Shown: positions 24,644-39,682 of the stretch, piece by piece
How positions within the stretch are numbered: position 1 is the first letter of the stretch
How the letters are laid out: each line of letters starts with the position of its first letter
Assembly: GCA_964016885.1 (NCBI GenBank)
Contig: OZ024757.1
Span: 9,424,001-9,488,000 of the forward strand
Direction of reading: 5' to 3'
Length of the DNA stretch: 64,000 bases
Source of the DNA: Eledone cirrhosa
Lineage: Eukaryota
Notes under the pieces: model-generated
Database searches by the model: none
The model's input: the letters and a program-made list of their open reading frames with translations, nothing else
Told to the model about the DNA's origin: nothing
Made by a program: the position numbers and the translations under genes

Positions 24644-27600
24644 CCCCTGCTACATCGTAGAACCCCCACTAAAAGAGGAAGGCATCAAAATATATAAATA
24701 GACTGAATTGATGACCCGGTCAAAATCAAAAAAAAAAAAATCAAAATCAAAGCAGCACAGCAACAACGAAAAACGTAAAGAAAATATGAATGAAGAGAAA
24801 AACAAACAGACGGACAGAGAAGGGAAGGGAAAAACCAAGTCAGACATTCAAACACTACATTACAATGAAACATATGCTTATTCATTTTGGGGGGGTTTTT
24901 TGCTTGTTTGTTTGTTTGTTTATTTATGTTCGTCTACAGCGTGATAATGCCACACAAAAATCACGTGGAGTGACGGAACCACCGGAGACGATGAATTCAC
25001 CGGTGGTTATGTAACCATACATTCGCCAATCCTCGATAAGAGTGTTTAAATGTCGAACCTAAACAGTTCGAATAACGAATAACGGTGAAATGGAGACTAG
25101 AATGTCATGTGACAGACTCTCACCCAACAGGTGCTCCCTGGCTCAGCAGCAGGGACCTGGCTGTCAACCAAATACTGCTGGTGTCGGAGGAAGAAGAAGA
25201 AGGAAAGGGACCAGAACCAAGTGGACGAAAGAATTGAATAGAACTGTTATGCAATGTTACCTGAAGAGTAACCCCAAGGAGAAAGGCTATAGGAAACGGA
25301 TGCATAACATCTGGAACGAGATTGGTCTATTTAAATTAGGTGAACAAAAATTGGCCAGGCAGGCTCGGGTAATAAGAACTAATGGGTGGATAAGCGAGCT
25401 GGAACTGGAGGAACTGAGCAGAGAGATTAGCTTGGAGATGGAGAGTGGAGTATGCCAGGCAAACGAGCCAGTGGGAAATGAAGGGGAAGAGGTCCTGAGA
25501 ACGGAGGAACCACCCGAAACAGACAATGATTTGAATGCTGAGATAAATAATACCTGGAACAGAGATACGGCCAACTGAGGAGAAGAATGCTGATGGGCTA
25601 GGACAAGATTTGGTTGATATACTAAACTTAGTGGTAGATGAATTGAACAATGATAGTGGGAGACCTATGAACCTAAGATTTGTAGACAGGAAAAATTAAA
25701 AGAAACAACGGCTAAGGTAAACAAAGTCATCCCATACCTTGAGGCGAGGGGCCTTCACCAGTGCAACAATATCCTCAAAGCAACAGCAAATACGGTGAGG
25801 AAACTACTTGGTATAAAAGCGAGAGGAAACAACAGACAAGAAAGAGCAGAGCCTTGGTGGAAGAAACGACTGAGTAGTCAAATCAGGGAAATGAGAAATG
25901 ACATTGGAAAGCTTGAGTCCCTACTGAATGGGACATTAAAAAACATAGATACTAAAAATAGACTGGAAATAAAGTACAAAACTAGGAGGAAAAAGCTAAA
26001 TATTATCATAGAGGTACTGAAGCAACGCATTGTAGCCAAGAGTGCAAAAATCAGGCGATACGAGAACAGAGTCAGCCAGTATAGACAGAACCGCATGTTC
26101 GACAACAACCAGAAGATGCTGTTTGGACAGCTTGAAGGGAAAGAAATAGGCAACGACTTGATCCCTGAGGCGGAACAAACTAAAACATTCTGGAGAGGAA
26201 TATGGGAGCAGGATGTTAAACATAATGACCAGGCAGTGTGGATTGAGACAGTACAGAAGGAGATCAGTGAACAGGCACACCAACAAACTGATTTGACTAT
26301 CACAGTTGAAATTCCTAAGGGGCAGGCCAAAAGAATAACCAACTGGAAATCACCAGGCCCAGATGGTGTGCAGGGGTATTGGATTAAAAATATAACATCT
26401 CCCCACCCGAAACTGACAACCATGTTCAATGACTGCTTGATGTCGGGTGAGGTACCAGAATGGTTGACAAAAGGTACCACAGTTCTGATAATTAAAGACC
26501 GAATCAAGGGTAATGATGTTACCAACTATAGACCTATCACATGTCTGCCCGTAATGTGGAAACTGTTGACAAGCATTATGTCTGAGGAAATCAACCATCA
26601 CCTCCACACAAATAACTTGTTACCGGACGAACAGAAAGGATGCCAAAAGAAGTCACGTGGTACAAAGGACCAGTTACTTATTGATAAGATGATAATGAGG
26701 AATTGCAAGAGGAGACACACTGGTCTTGCCATGGGATGGATAGACTACAAAAAGGCATTTGACATGGTGCCTTATTCTTGGATCACCAAAAGCCTGGAGA
26801 TCTTCAAGGTGGCAGATAACATCAGACAGTTGTTGGGCAAAAGTATGAAATCCTGGGAAACAGAGTTAACATCAGCTGGAGAATTTTGGGAGGCGTGAAG
26901 ATCAAGAGAGGTATCTTCCAGGGAGATAGTCTGTCCCCTCTGTTGTTTGTCCTGGCCCTGATGCCCTTGACCATTGTGCTGCAAAAAGTGAGAGCAGGAT
27001 ACAGGTTGGGAAAGGAAGGGCTTACCATCAATCACCTCCTCTTCATGGACGATCTTAAGCTCTTCGGGAAGAGTGAGAAGGAGTTGGATGTGCTTGTTGA
27101 CACTGTCCGTATTTTCAGCAATGATATATGTATGTAATTTGGTATTAGTAAGTGTGGAGTCCTTGTGATGAAGAGGGTAAATTGAGCAGAAGTAACGGAA
27201 TACAGGTACCAACAGGTGAGATGATGAAGGAAATTGACAATGAAGACGGATACAAGTATTTGAGTGTTCTGGAGGTTGATGACATCAAGAACAAAAAAAT
27301 AAAGGAATTGATAAGAACTGAATACCTTCAGAGAGTAAGGAGCGTATTAAAGTCACATCTGAACAGTAGGAATGCCATAAGTGCAGTAAATTCCCGAGCT
27401 GTGTCTATTATTAGGTACAGTGCGGGAATTCTGAGATGGAATGTTGCTGAACAAAAAGAAATGGATAGGAAGACTAGAAAACTATTGACTATCTACAACA
27501 TGTTCCACAAGAGGAGTGATGTCGATAGACTCTACTTAAGGAGATCTGAAGGTGGAAGAGGTCTTATCAGCATAGAGGACTGTGTTCAGATGGAGAAAAC

Positions 27601-28552
27601 AACCTACACAAATACGTGACTGATAGTAAGGAGCCAATTCTCAGAACTGTACTGAATGAGAAGTCAATAGACCAGGGGTTGTCCAAGGAGGAAATAACAT
27701 CAAGGAGAAGGAGCAGCCTTCAGGAAAAATCCCTTCATAGTACCTTCTTTGAGAAAACTGAATTCAGAGATCCACAGACATGGAACTGGTTGAAAAGAGG
27801 AGACCTTAAAAAGGCTACAGAAGGAATCTTAATGGCTGCCTAGGAGCAGGCCTAAAAACGAAGTGGTTGAAACACCATATTTACAAGGAGGATGCTAGCC
27901 CACTGTGCAGGATCTGTGGAGAGAGAGAGAAGACTGTGGCTCACATTGTATCCGAGTGTAAACACCTAGCCCAGACTCACTATAAGGGCTGGAGACATGA
28001 TGTGATGGGCAGGGTGATCCACTGGCACCTATGCAAAGTAAACAATTTACCACATTCTGAGAAGTGGTATGAGCATAAGCCAGAGGCGGTGATAGAAAAC
28101 GATGAGGTGAAGGTGCTGTGGGATTTTAGGATACAGACGGACAAGAAACTGGAACACAATAGACCTGACCTGGTGGTTGTGTACAAAGAAAAAAGATCGT
28201 GCCTGATTGTGGATGTGGCCTGCCCATTCGACACGAGAGTGCAAGAGAAGGAGAGGGAGAAAATTAACCGATACCAGGACTTAAAGTGGGAGGTAAAAAG
28301 GATTTGGAACTGCCATGAAGTCAAAGTGGTCCCGATTGTCATAGGCGCACTAGGTACTATCTCAAAAGGTTTCCAGGGATGGTTAAAGAAAATTGGCCCC
28401 TTCACGCTTTTTGGAACGCTTCAAAAGGCATGCTTGCTGGGAACAGCAAGAACCTTCCGATACGTCCTGAATATCTGAGGCTGCAAGTAGTGGCTTGCTA
28501 TTCATTTCAACAAACTTTCCAGTTAACTAACATCAATGACTGAGACTCAAAG
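24643..28552 (+). mobile_element. R4/Dong family B, copy B3 (longest leader, most decayed ORF, 25090-28478)
   Basis: Colinear with B1; multiple frameshifts and stops; (AAT)n flanks. Confidence 0.9.
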
Positions 28553-28573
28553 AATAATAATAATAGTAATAAT

Positions 28574-28626
28574 AATTGTTTCTACTTTAGGCACAAGGCC
28601 AGCAACTACCCAGCGCATTACTGGTA
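28574..28626 (-). mobile_element. 3' tail fragment of the ATT-tailed SINE within (AAT)n
   Basis: Matches 7881-7933. Confidence 0.8.
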
Positions 28627-28630
28627 GTTT

Positions 28631-28659
<29 letters not shown>

Positions 28660-28661
<2 letters not shown>

Positions 28662-30251
28662 TTTATTTATTGGCCACAAGTGCAGACATCAAGAAAAACT
28701 TTTCAGAGGGCACAGGACGATATAGGACGGTACGATGTGTGTTTTGTGCATGTAAAGATTTTTTTATTATTTATAAAAGAAAAGAAAAAAAGACATAGAA
28801 ACATATATATATATAAAGAATAAAAATGAAAATTGAAACAATGAAAAATTCCCCAATAGGGGGAAACCTCCAAGCGTTAATCGAGGCGAAAACCACACAA
28901 AAACCACGGCCACCCTGACCACCAGGGCAAGCGCCCTCTCTCAATTTTTCCATTCCTCAAACTACAAGCGTATATTCAGAGCGTTCCCATTCACTCTGAC
29001 CATTCTCGCTCCATTCACCCACCTTTCAACAAACTTGTTAGAAGACAGCACTTGCCTCTCCACCCTGATTTTCCTCTTCAAGTGAAACTTGAAGAGGTTA
29101 ATCAGGGATTCGCCGAAGAGGAAAGCGTCTGTCTTTAACCCTTTCAACCTTGTCCACCACACGATCTCTTTCGCCATGGCCACCAGGCAGATCAAAACCG
29201 CCCGCCCTTCCACCTTGAAGGAAGACGGCGAGACCATCTGCACAATGGCCTCAGTCGATAACCGGATCGGTCCTTCACGCGACAGCAACTGTTCGACATA
29301 GCTCCACAAGTCAGCAATGCTCGGGCACTGAGCGAGTGCGTGCGCGACGGTTTCGTCGCTCAGCGCGCATCTCGGACAGGCTCGGCTGATGGCACTTCCG
29401 TACTTGTAGAGCTTATCTTGAACCGGCAACGCTCCCCGGTAGCACTGCCAGGCCAGGGATTTCTGGAAGTTATCCATAGGCGCTGGGCTGAAAGTTCTCC
29501 AGAAGAGAGCAAACAGCTGATCTTCTTCGACGCCCAGGATCTATACGAGAACATCGTCGCTCTTCACCTCCACTAGTCCTCTATAGAACGCCGAAGTGGA
29601 TGTCCCACCGATACTGGTTCCCAGCTTGCAGAGGGCAGTGAGCGCCTCTAGACATTCCAGTTTCCAAACGCTATCCCTCCGTCTTTTCTTGACCCAGGAC
29701 TGCAGCTCCGTCAAGGAGACGAGCTGTGGGAAAACGTGCCTGGCGAACGGCGACCACACCTATTCACCGTCAAGGAAGCACCGGAGATGTCGCAGCCTCA
29801 GCGCATGTTTGCGCATCATCAGCCATGGCTTGCCCAGTCCTCCACGCAACGGGTGTTGACAGCAGATGGATCGTCTGACCATGGGAGCGCGTCCCTTCTA
29901 CAAAAAGCGGTAGAGGAGGCGCTCCATTTTGGTGAGAATTGGGTCGGAGCAAGGGACGATGGTGAGGCGGTAGCAGATAACGAATGCGATGTACGCTTTC
30001 GCCAACTCCGCCTGGCCTTTCAAATACAGCTTCCTTTCGGCCCTTTTCTAGGTGAGGGAGGCCACCCTGCTCGTCACCTCGCTCCAGTTTTTCTCCATCT
30101 GGAAGTCCGGACCGAACCAGACCCCGAGCAATTTAACCGGTCTGTCCGTCCAACGCCCCACGACGCTGTCGGACAGCATGGACTTGCCTTTACAAGTACC
30201 GAACTGAAAGCCCACCGACTTTTCCTTGTTTATCTTTGATACTTCGTATTC
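28660..30251 (-). mobile_element. Tx1-type LINE copy 2 (5'-truncated; RT C-terminus, zinc finger, 3' UTR, (ATT)n tail)
   Basis: 30060-30250 aligns with 53-251 of copy 1; CPRC..DETVAHALAQC finger; ends ...CCAATAAATAAATC(ATT)n on minus. Confidence 0.9.
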
Positions 30252-30260
30252 GTGTGTGTA

Positions 30261-30292
<32 letters not shown>

Positions 30293-30392
30293 TATATGTG
30301 TATGTGCGCGTGTATGTGTATATATATATATATATATATATGTATGAGTTACTATATGTGTATATATATATATATGTATATATGTATATATG

Positions 30393-30426
<34 letters not shown>
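30252..30426. repeat. (TA)n/(TG)n compound microsatellite
   Basis: Read directly. Confidence 0.95.
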
Positions 30427-30531
30427 TGAATGTATATATAGTGTATTTTGCAATACACTGTATGCTTAATTAAAAGCATTTCGAAGACCTTATGCTATTG
30501 TTTTAGAGTAGTGACATACTCACTTACTTTA

Positions 30532-30625
30532 ATTTCAGCAAACAGGGGGAGATAAAGCTGACAAGGCCTTGTTTCGCATTTATTGATGCTTATCAAAGCC
30601 AATTACCCCTCCTGTTTGCTGAAAT
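30532..30625 (-). ncRNA. Type I hammerhead ribozyme motif (U3-A8 core variant)
   Basis: Minus strand: ggct TTGATAA gcat-caataa-atgc GAAAC aaggcctt GTC agct; stem I extended by ATTTCAGCAAACAGG/CCTGTTTGCTGAAAT. Confidence 0.8.
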
Positions 30626-30855
30626 CGTGGATGTTTGGTTCTTATAGAATTCTAGTAAATAATCAGGAACTGATTATACAGAGCGGTTGCCGGTCAAGCA
30701 CAAATTGAAAATTAGAATTGGTGCTCTAAAATAGCTCTATATATATGAATGTATATATAGTGTATTTTGCAATACACTGTATCCTTAATTAATAGCATTT
30801 AGAAGACCTTATGCTATTGTTTTAGAGTAGTGACAGACTCACTGATAAGCATCAA

Positions 30856-30920
30856 TTGATAAGCATCAATAAATGCGAAACAAGGCCTTGTCAGCTTTAT
30901 CTCCCCCTGTTTGCTGAAAT
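30856..30920 (+). ncRNA. Inverted partial copy of the same hammerhead (5' arm of stem I missing)
   Basis: TTGATAAGCATCAATAAATGCGAAACAAGGCCTTGTCAGCT. Confidence 0.6.
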
Positions 30921-31147
30921 TAAAGTAAGTGAGTATTTCAAATTAAAGTAAGATTGGTATTCCAAATTTGAATTTGTTTACAGTATTCTTTCTGCCTTTA
31001 TTAATATTATAGCTTTAAAGAATTTGCTTTTAATGAACTCCCTTTTCTTTAAATCCTTCAACCAATGACCTCCAGCCATCTCAATCCCCACCCTCTCCTA
31101 CCACCAGGAAAGAAAAGATATAAATACCACCACCCACTTAGACAGCC

Positions 31148-31198
31148 AGCTTCCTGATGATTTCTCACGAATGAAACAGTTCTAGTCCTTTAGAAGCT
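31148..31198 (+). ncRNA. Degenerate type I hammerhead motif
   Basis: agcttc CTGATGA tttctcacgaat GAAA cag..ctt TA gaagct; mismatch in stem III. Confidence 0.5.
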
Positions 31199-31199
31199 C

Positions 31200-31235
<36 letters not shown>

Positions 31236-31256
31236 TTATTTTTATTTTATAGAAGG

Positions 31257-31307
31257 AGCTTCTACAGGACTAGTACTGTTTCATTCAGATGAAATCTTCA
31301 GGAAGCT
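31257..31307 (-). ncRNA. Type I hammerhead motif
   Basis: Minus strand: agcttc CTGAAGA tttc-atct-gaat GAAA cag-tactagtc-ctg TA gaagct; the first position of stem II is U-U. Confidence 0.62.
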
Positions 31308-31523
31308 GGGTGTCATATTAAGTTCTGGTATTTATACATTTAGGTAGTGGTAAGGGAGGGGTGGCGGAAGGGGGGGGGGGGGGGGTATTTAGATACACAG
31401 GACCACTTCATGGCACAGGCCGTTTTTTCTTTGGGGAGTGGTCAATTAGCCAGAGTGCTTTTTTGAAATAAATAAATAAGTAAATAAATAAATGTATAAA
31501 TACCAGAACTTAATATGACACCC

Positions 31524-31574
31524 AGCTTCCTGAAGATTTCATCTAAATGAAACAGTACTAGTCCTGTAGAAGTT
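31524..31574 (+). ncRNA. Type I hammerhead motif (inverted partner of 31257-31307)
   Basis: agcttc CTGAAGA tttcatctaaat GAAA cag..ctg TA gaagtt; stem II weakened. Confidence 0.52.
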
Positions 31575-31660
31575 CCTTCTATAAAATAAAAACATTTTAC
31601 TCTGCCATGTATTGAGTACCTTACTTACTGTGGTTATCCCCGACTCAACCCGGGACCTAC

Positions 31661-31723
<63 letters not shown>

Positions 31724-31827
31724 TATTGAAATTTCCGTTGAAAACAGAAAAGGTCATTGAAGTGAAGAGTGCTCTATGTAAGTATCAGAGCAAAATTTAA
31801 TGTATAAAAATCAATACAATATAATTT

Positions 31828-31897
31828 CCTCATTACCAGAGGTTTCCCGAATGAGACGAATACGAAAGAAATGTCTTCATTCGTTCGTCAGACGAGG
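31828..31897 (-). ncRNA. Type I hammerhead motif
   Basis: Minus strand: cctcgt CTGACGA a-cgaatg-a-agac..gtct-cattcg-g GAAAC ctctg GTA atgagg; 6-bp stem I. Confidence 0.72.
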
Positions 31898-32607
31898 CAA
31901 TATAAAACATGGGTAAATACTTGGAAAGTCTCATCAAGAAAAGCAAAAAAACAAAAAAACAAAAAAGATATAGACAAATGAATTAGAATATGAAATATAT
32001 AATAATCTTTCAAGAAAAATAGTTAGGTGTGTGTATATGTATGTATATACGCTCACAGATGTGCATATATGTGTATGCACATATGTATACGTATAGTGAA
32101 AAAGTGTGCGTAAATATATAATTTAGGGCAAATGTATCTGTATGTCTGTAATCTACAGACAGAATAGATACATCATAAGAATATGAAGGCACGCACATAA
32201 ACACACCTACACACACGTACACTTGGATGCGGAAGTAAAAGAGGTAAGGGAGTGTAATAATTAAAGGAAAGTATCAATCTCGATATATTTATAAAAATGG
32301 AACAATAATTTAGAAAGAAAAAATTAAAGAAAAGAAGACAAAAAAGATACATACATATACACACACGTATATCTCACATAAGAAACGCAAAAATATACGT
32401 GCTTATATATACACGCACACTTACACATCCATACGTTCGATACGTACACACACACGCACACACACATACTTACACTCACGCATATTGACCTGTTTGCATG
32501 CACACGCATAAAAATGAGTAAGTAAAAAAAGGGGGGAAGAAAAAAGGAACAAGACATAAAACCTAGATGTAAAAACACGGATATAAAGACACATACACAT
32601 ACGCATG

Positions 32608-35990
<3,383 letters not shown>

Positions 35991-36158
35991 ATATAACTGC
36001 TCTGAAGAACAACTGATTTTATTACACTGAGCTATTTATCTTACTGATAATAAGGTAGTAATAAATTACTGACCTTCACTGTTTAGGGTTTAAAATATAC
36101 ATAACTAAATATACATAACTAAAAAGTTTTAATATATACATAACCATAAATAGTATCC

Positions 36159-36210
<52 letters not shown>

Positions 36211-36602
36211 ATATATATATAAAGATTTACATATACATAAAGTCATAGATATATATGTGGCAACCGGTCACGTTGTAGCTCAATGGAGAATTAAAAAATT
36301 AAATAATCAGAGCAATATATCGTAAATCATGTTCTTAGAATTATTATATAAAATATTTACCATTTCCTCTCCCAATTAGCATAATTAACCGTATAAAAAA
36401 TCAATTAGACCAAGCCATAAGAATAAAGGCTCCTCTGAATAAATATTTGACAAATAACCGAAAGCGGCCTCTTCGCAGTGACCCCCAACAGAGTATTTAT
36501 CCAACATTTCAACAGCATGTAGAAACTGACTAAATATACCGTCAACCATACACAATTAGGTGTAAATTTAAACTTAGAAGAAACGTGTACATACCGTAAT
36601 TA

Positions 36603-36677
36603 CATCTCTACCATGGTTTCGTCCGTATTTTCTAGATATCCTATTGTTGGGATGAACCTAGAGTGACAGACTCTTCA

Positions 36678-36680
<3 letters not shown>
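36603..36680 (-). ncRNA. Type I hammerhead motif, stem I truncated by (TA)n
   Basis: Minus strand: CTGAAGA gtctgt..tctag..ctaga..acggac GAAAC catg GTA; palindromic stem III ACCATGGT. Confidence 0.68.
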
Positions 36681-36723
<43 letters not shown>

Positions 36724-37415
36724 CAAGGAGACATCAAACAGAGGTACAAAAGTCTTTATTTTGAAAAGAGGAAAGCAAGTTCGACGTGTAGGTGTATATG
36801 CATGTGTTAGTGGACATGTATGTGTGAGTGAATGTAAGTTAGAATGTGTGTACTGTTTATATGCATTGAAGTAATGTTGTGTGTATGTATAAAGTATCGG
36901 AGTGTAGTGTATGTCCGTGAAATTTGTGGATTAGTATGCGTGAGTATATAATAAATTTTAACGTGTGTATGTATTTGAAGTTTATAACGTGTATGTGATT
37001 CCCCGAAGCTGAGAATCATTCGGTTTCTTAAATAGAATATTAGTCTAATGACTCCATTTATACCATAAACGTGGTTTTTGACTTTGCGTGTAATTTTTCT
37101 CATCGCTCCACATAACGACGTATTATCTTCGCTTTTTTTCGTTCATTGCCAGGGAACGTCTTCACGAACCAAAATATCGTCTTCCTGTTTTCCTTCGGTT
37201 GCAACGTCTTTCTAAATATTTACTTCTGCATCCACAGATGGATTCTTTTAGTTTCAGAAGATCCCGTTAAGGGTGAAAGCAGCGATTATTTGCTTAAACT
37301 TTAATCTGTTATTTTAATAAATATTTGCTCAATGGTTTTTATATATTTCATATATATATTATCCTTATCGAGCCCTCTTCAGATTTTAGTCTTAACATTT
37401 ATTATTATTATTACT

Positions 37416-37475
<60 letters not shown>

Positions 37476-37519
37476 AGGTATATATATATATATATCAGGA
37501 AATTATTATTCATATCGTA

Positions 37520-39102
37520 AATAACTTCTCCAATCCAATCTCTTCTATAGATAACACTAGGTCACTTGTTAATAACTCTGTTAATCTCTCTAATCGCACT
37601 TACAATTGCCCTTTTAAAAATAAATGTCCTCTCAACAAAAATTGTCTTGAAGAAAACTTAATCTACGAATGTAAAGTTATAACTGACACCAATTCCTTTA
37701 CCTATTTTGGCTCCACTTCCACCTCCTTTAAACCTCGTTTTTATAATCATCATTCGTCTTTTAAATACCAACTTAAAAGAACCAACACAGCACTCTCAGA
37801 ACTCATATGGTCCTTGAAAGACAAAAATATTAACTATAACATCTCTTGGAAAAAGGTTTCTTCTGCTTCTCCATACTTGAACAGTTCTCTATCCAAGACA
37901 TTCAATCTCTGTTTATGTGAAAAATTTACCATTATATCTAATTTAGATTCTATAATAAATAGACGCACTGACTTATTCTCTCTCTGCTTGCATAAATTCC
38001 ACAGAACATTCCATACAGTATACAGCTAATATCTAATAATTTACCAATTTAAAATCCTTTTCTCAAAGGTACATGTATATATATACATATATATATTTTT
38101 TTAAATATACCCATCTTTCTACCTTATTTCAATGTTATTTATTATACATTATATAATACTAGTTACTCATTCTATTTCACTCCTGTTTATCACTTCCCTT
38201 TCTTTCTTTTCCCATTTTCTTTTCTTTTCTCTTTCTTTTAATTTCTAGCCCCTAATTTGTACCTTTTCTTCCTAGACACTTCTCAATTAACATTGTACCT
38301 AACGTAGAAACAATTATTACACAGCACAATATATTCTTACTCTATATCACCTTAAAAAAATCCTTCGTAAACATAAACATTTTTTTGACGTTAGATTATT
38401 CATTCTCAAATCATTATTTTTTTCTCCCTTTCATGCTCATCTAACTTATACATATTACACTTATTCATCCTCTCTTCTACTTCTTTCACAATATATCCTT
38501 AATTACATTACTATTGCTATATTTTTATATTTTTTAATAATACATATCAACAATTTCTTTCCATCGCACATATTATTAAACCCTTAAATATTATTCTTAA
38601 TACATATTAACAATTTCTTTTCATCGCACATATTATTAAACCCTTAAATATACAAACCTTAATTTAACATTATTCTAAATTTTTCTCTTCGTTAATTTTC
38701 AAATTCCTTTAATTTATATATTATCTTCCAACGGTTTTTCAACCTCTCTATGTAAAACAATATATTTTTCTCAGTTATAAAAGCTATCTCTCTCTATCAC
38801 CCATCTCTCCTCCTATCTCATCCTTCCTCATTATACTCCTCCCCCTCCACTTTTTACTCTCATCTCCTCCACTTTTTCATCCTTTCCACCCCCTTCAATT
38901 TTTTTCACAATATCACACATCAATCTAAAACTACTTTTCATATGTTGATTTACAACTGCACTATTCACAAGTGTGTTTTAACCTTCATATCATGTCTCCC
39001 TATTTTATCTGATGAAAACGCAAATGTTATTGTAAGATGATATTTGTTTTTGAAATGCGCATAATAAAATACATGGAACTCTTTTAACCATCTTTTGATC
39101 TT
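37520..39102 (+). mobile_element. Penelope-like element 3' fragment (GIY-YIG, 3' UTR, hammerhead) ending at (TA)n
   Basis: NCPFKNKCPLNKNCL..LIYECKV..YFGSTST..LCLCEKFTII..CLH in 37600-38029. Confidence 0.78.
39001..39071 (+). ncRNA. Type I hammerhead motif
   Basis: tattttat CTGATGA [stem II gcaaatgt/atatttgt] GAAA tgcgca TA ataaaata; perfect 8-bp stem I and palindromic stem III. Confidence 0.75.
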
Positions 39103-39129
39103 ATATATATATATATATATATAACATAC

Positions 39130-39682
39130 AAGACCAAAAGATGGCCAAAGGAGTTCCATGTATTTTACTACGCGCATTTCAAAAACAAACACCACCATGC
39201 AACAGCATCTGTGTCTTCATCAGACAAAACCCTAGGCTAATTTCTGTAAACCCAAATACAACGTCAAACACAACTTCGCTAAATGTTCATAATACAAATC
39301 TAAATCAAGAAACTATTATTCCTATCGCAAACAACTTCTCCAATCCAATTCCTTCTATAGATAACACTAGGTCACTCATTAATAATCTCTCTAATTGCAA
39401 CTGCCGCATTAAAAATAAATGTCCTCTCAACAACCATTGTCTTGATAAAAACTTAATTTATGAATGTAAAGTTATAACTAGCACCAATTCCTTCACCTAT
39501 TTTGGCTCCACTTCCACCTCTTTTAAAGCTCGTCTCTATAATCATCATTCATCTTTTAAATACAAACTTAAAAGAACCAACACGGCTCTCTCAGAACTCA
39601 TATGGTCCTTGAAAGACAAAAACATTAAATATACCATCTTTTGGAAGAAGGTTTCTTCTTCCAAAAGATGGTATATTTAATG
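39130..39682 (+). mobile_element. Penelope-like GIY-YIG fragment with an inverted pseudo-LTR at its 5' side
   Basis: CNCRIKNKCPLNNHCLDKNLIYECKV..YFGSTSTSFKARLYNH; same family as 37520. Confidence 0.78.
39161..39230 (-). ncRNA. Type I hammerhead motif, inverted partner of 39001-39071
   Basis: Minus strand: gttttgt CTGATGA agacacagatgc..gtgtttgttttt GAAA tgcgcg TA gtaaaat. Confidence 0.68.

Noticed and set aside
24940-25089. HDV-like ribozyme in the family B leader
   Set aside because: Only a simple hairpin (AACCACCGG/CCGGTGGTT, 24977-25008) is evident; I could not fit the double pseudoknot
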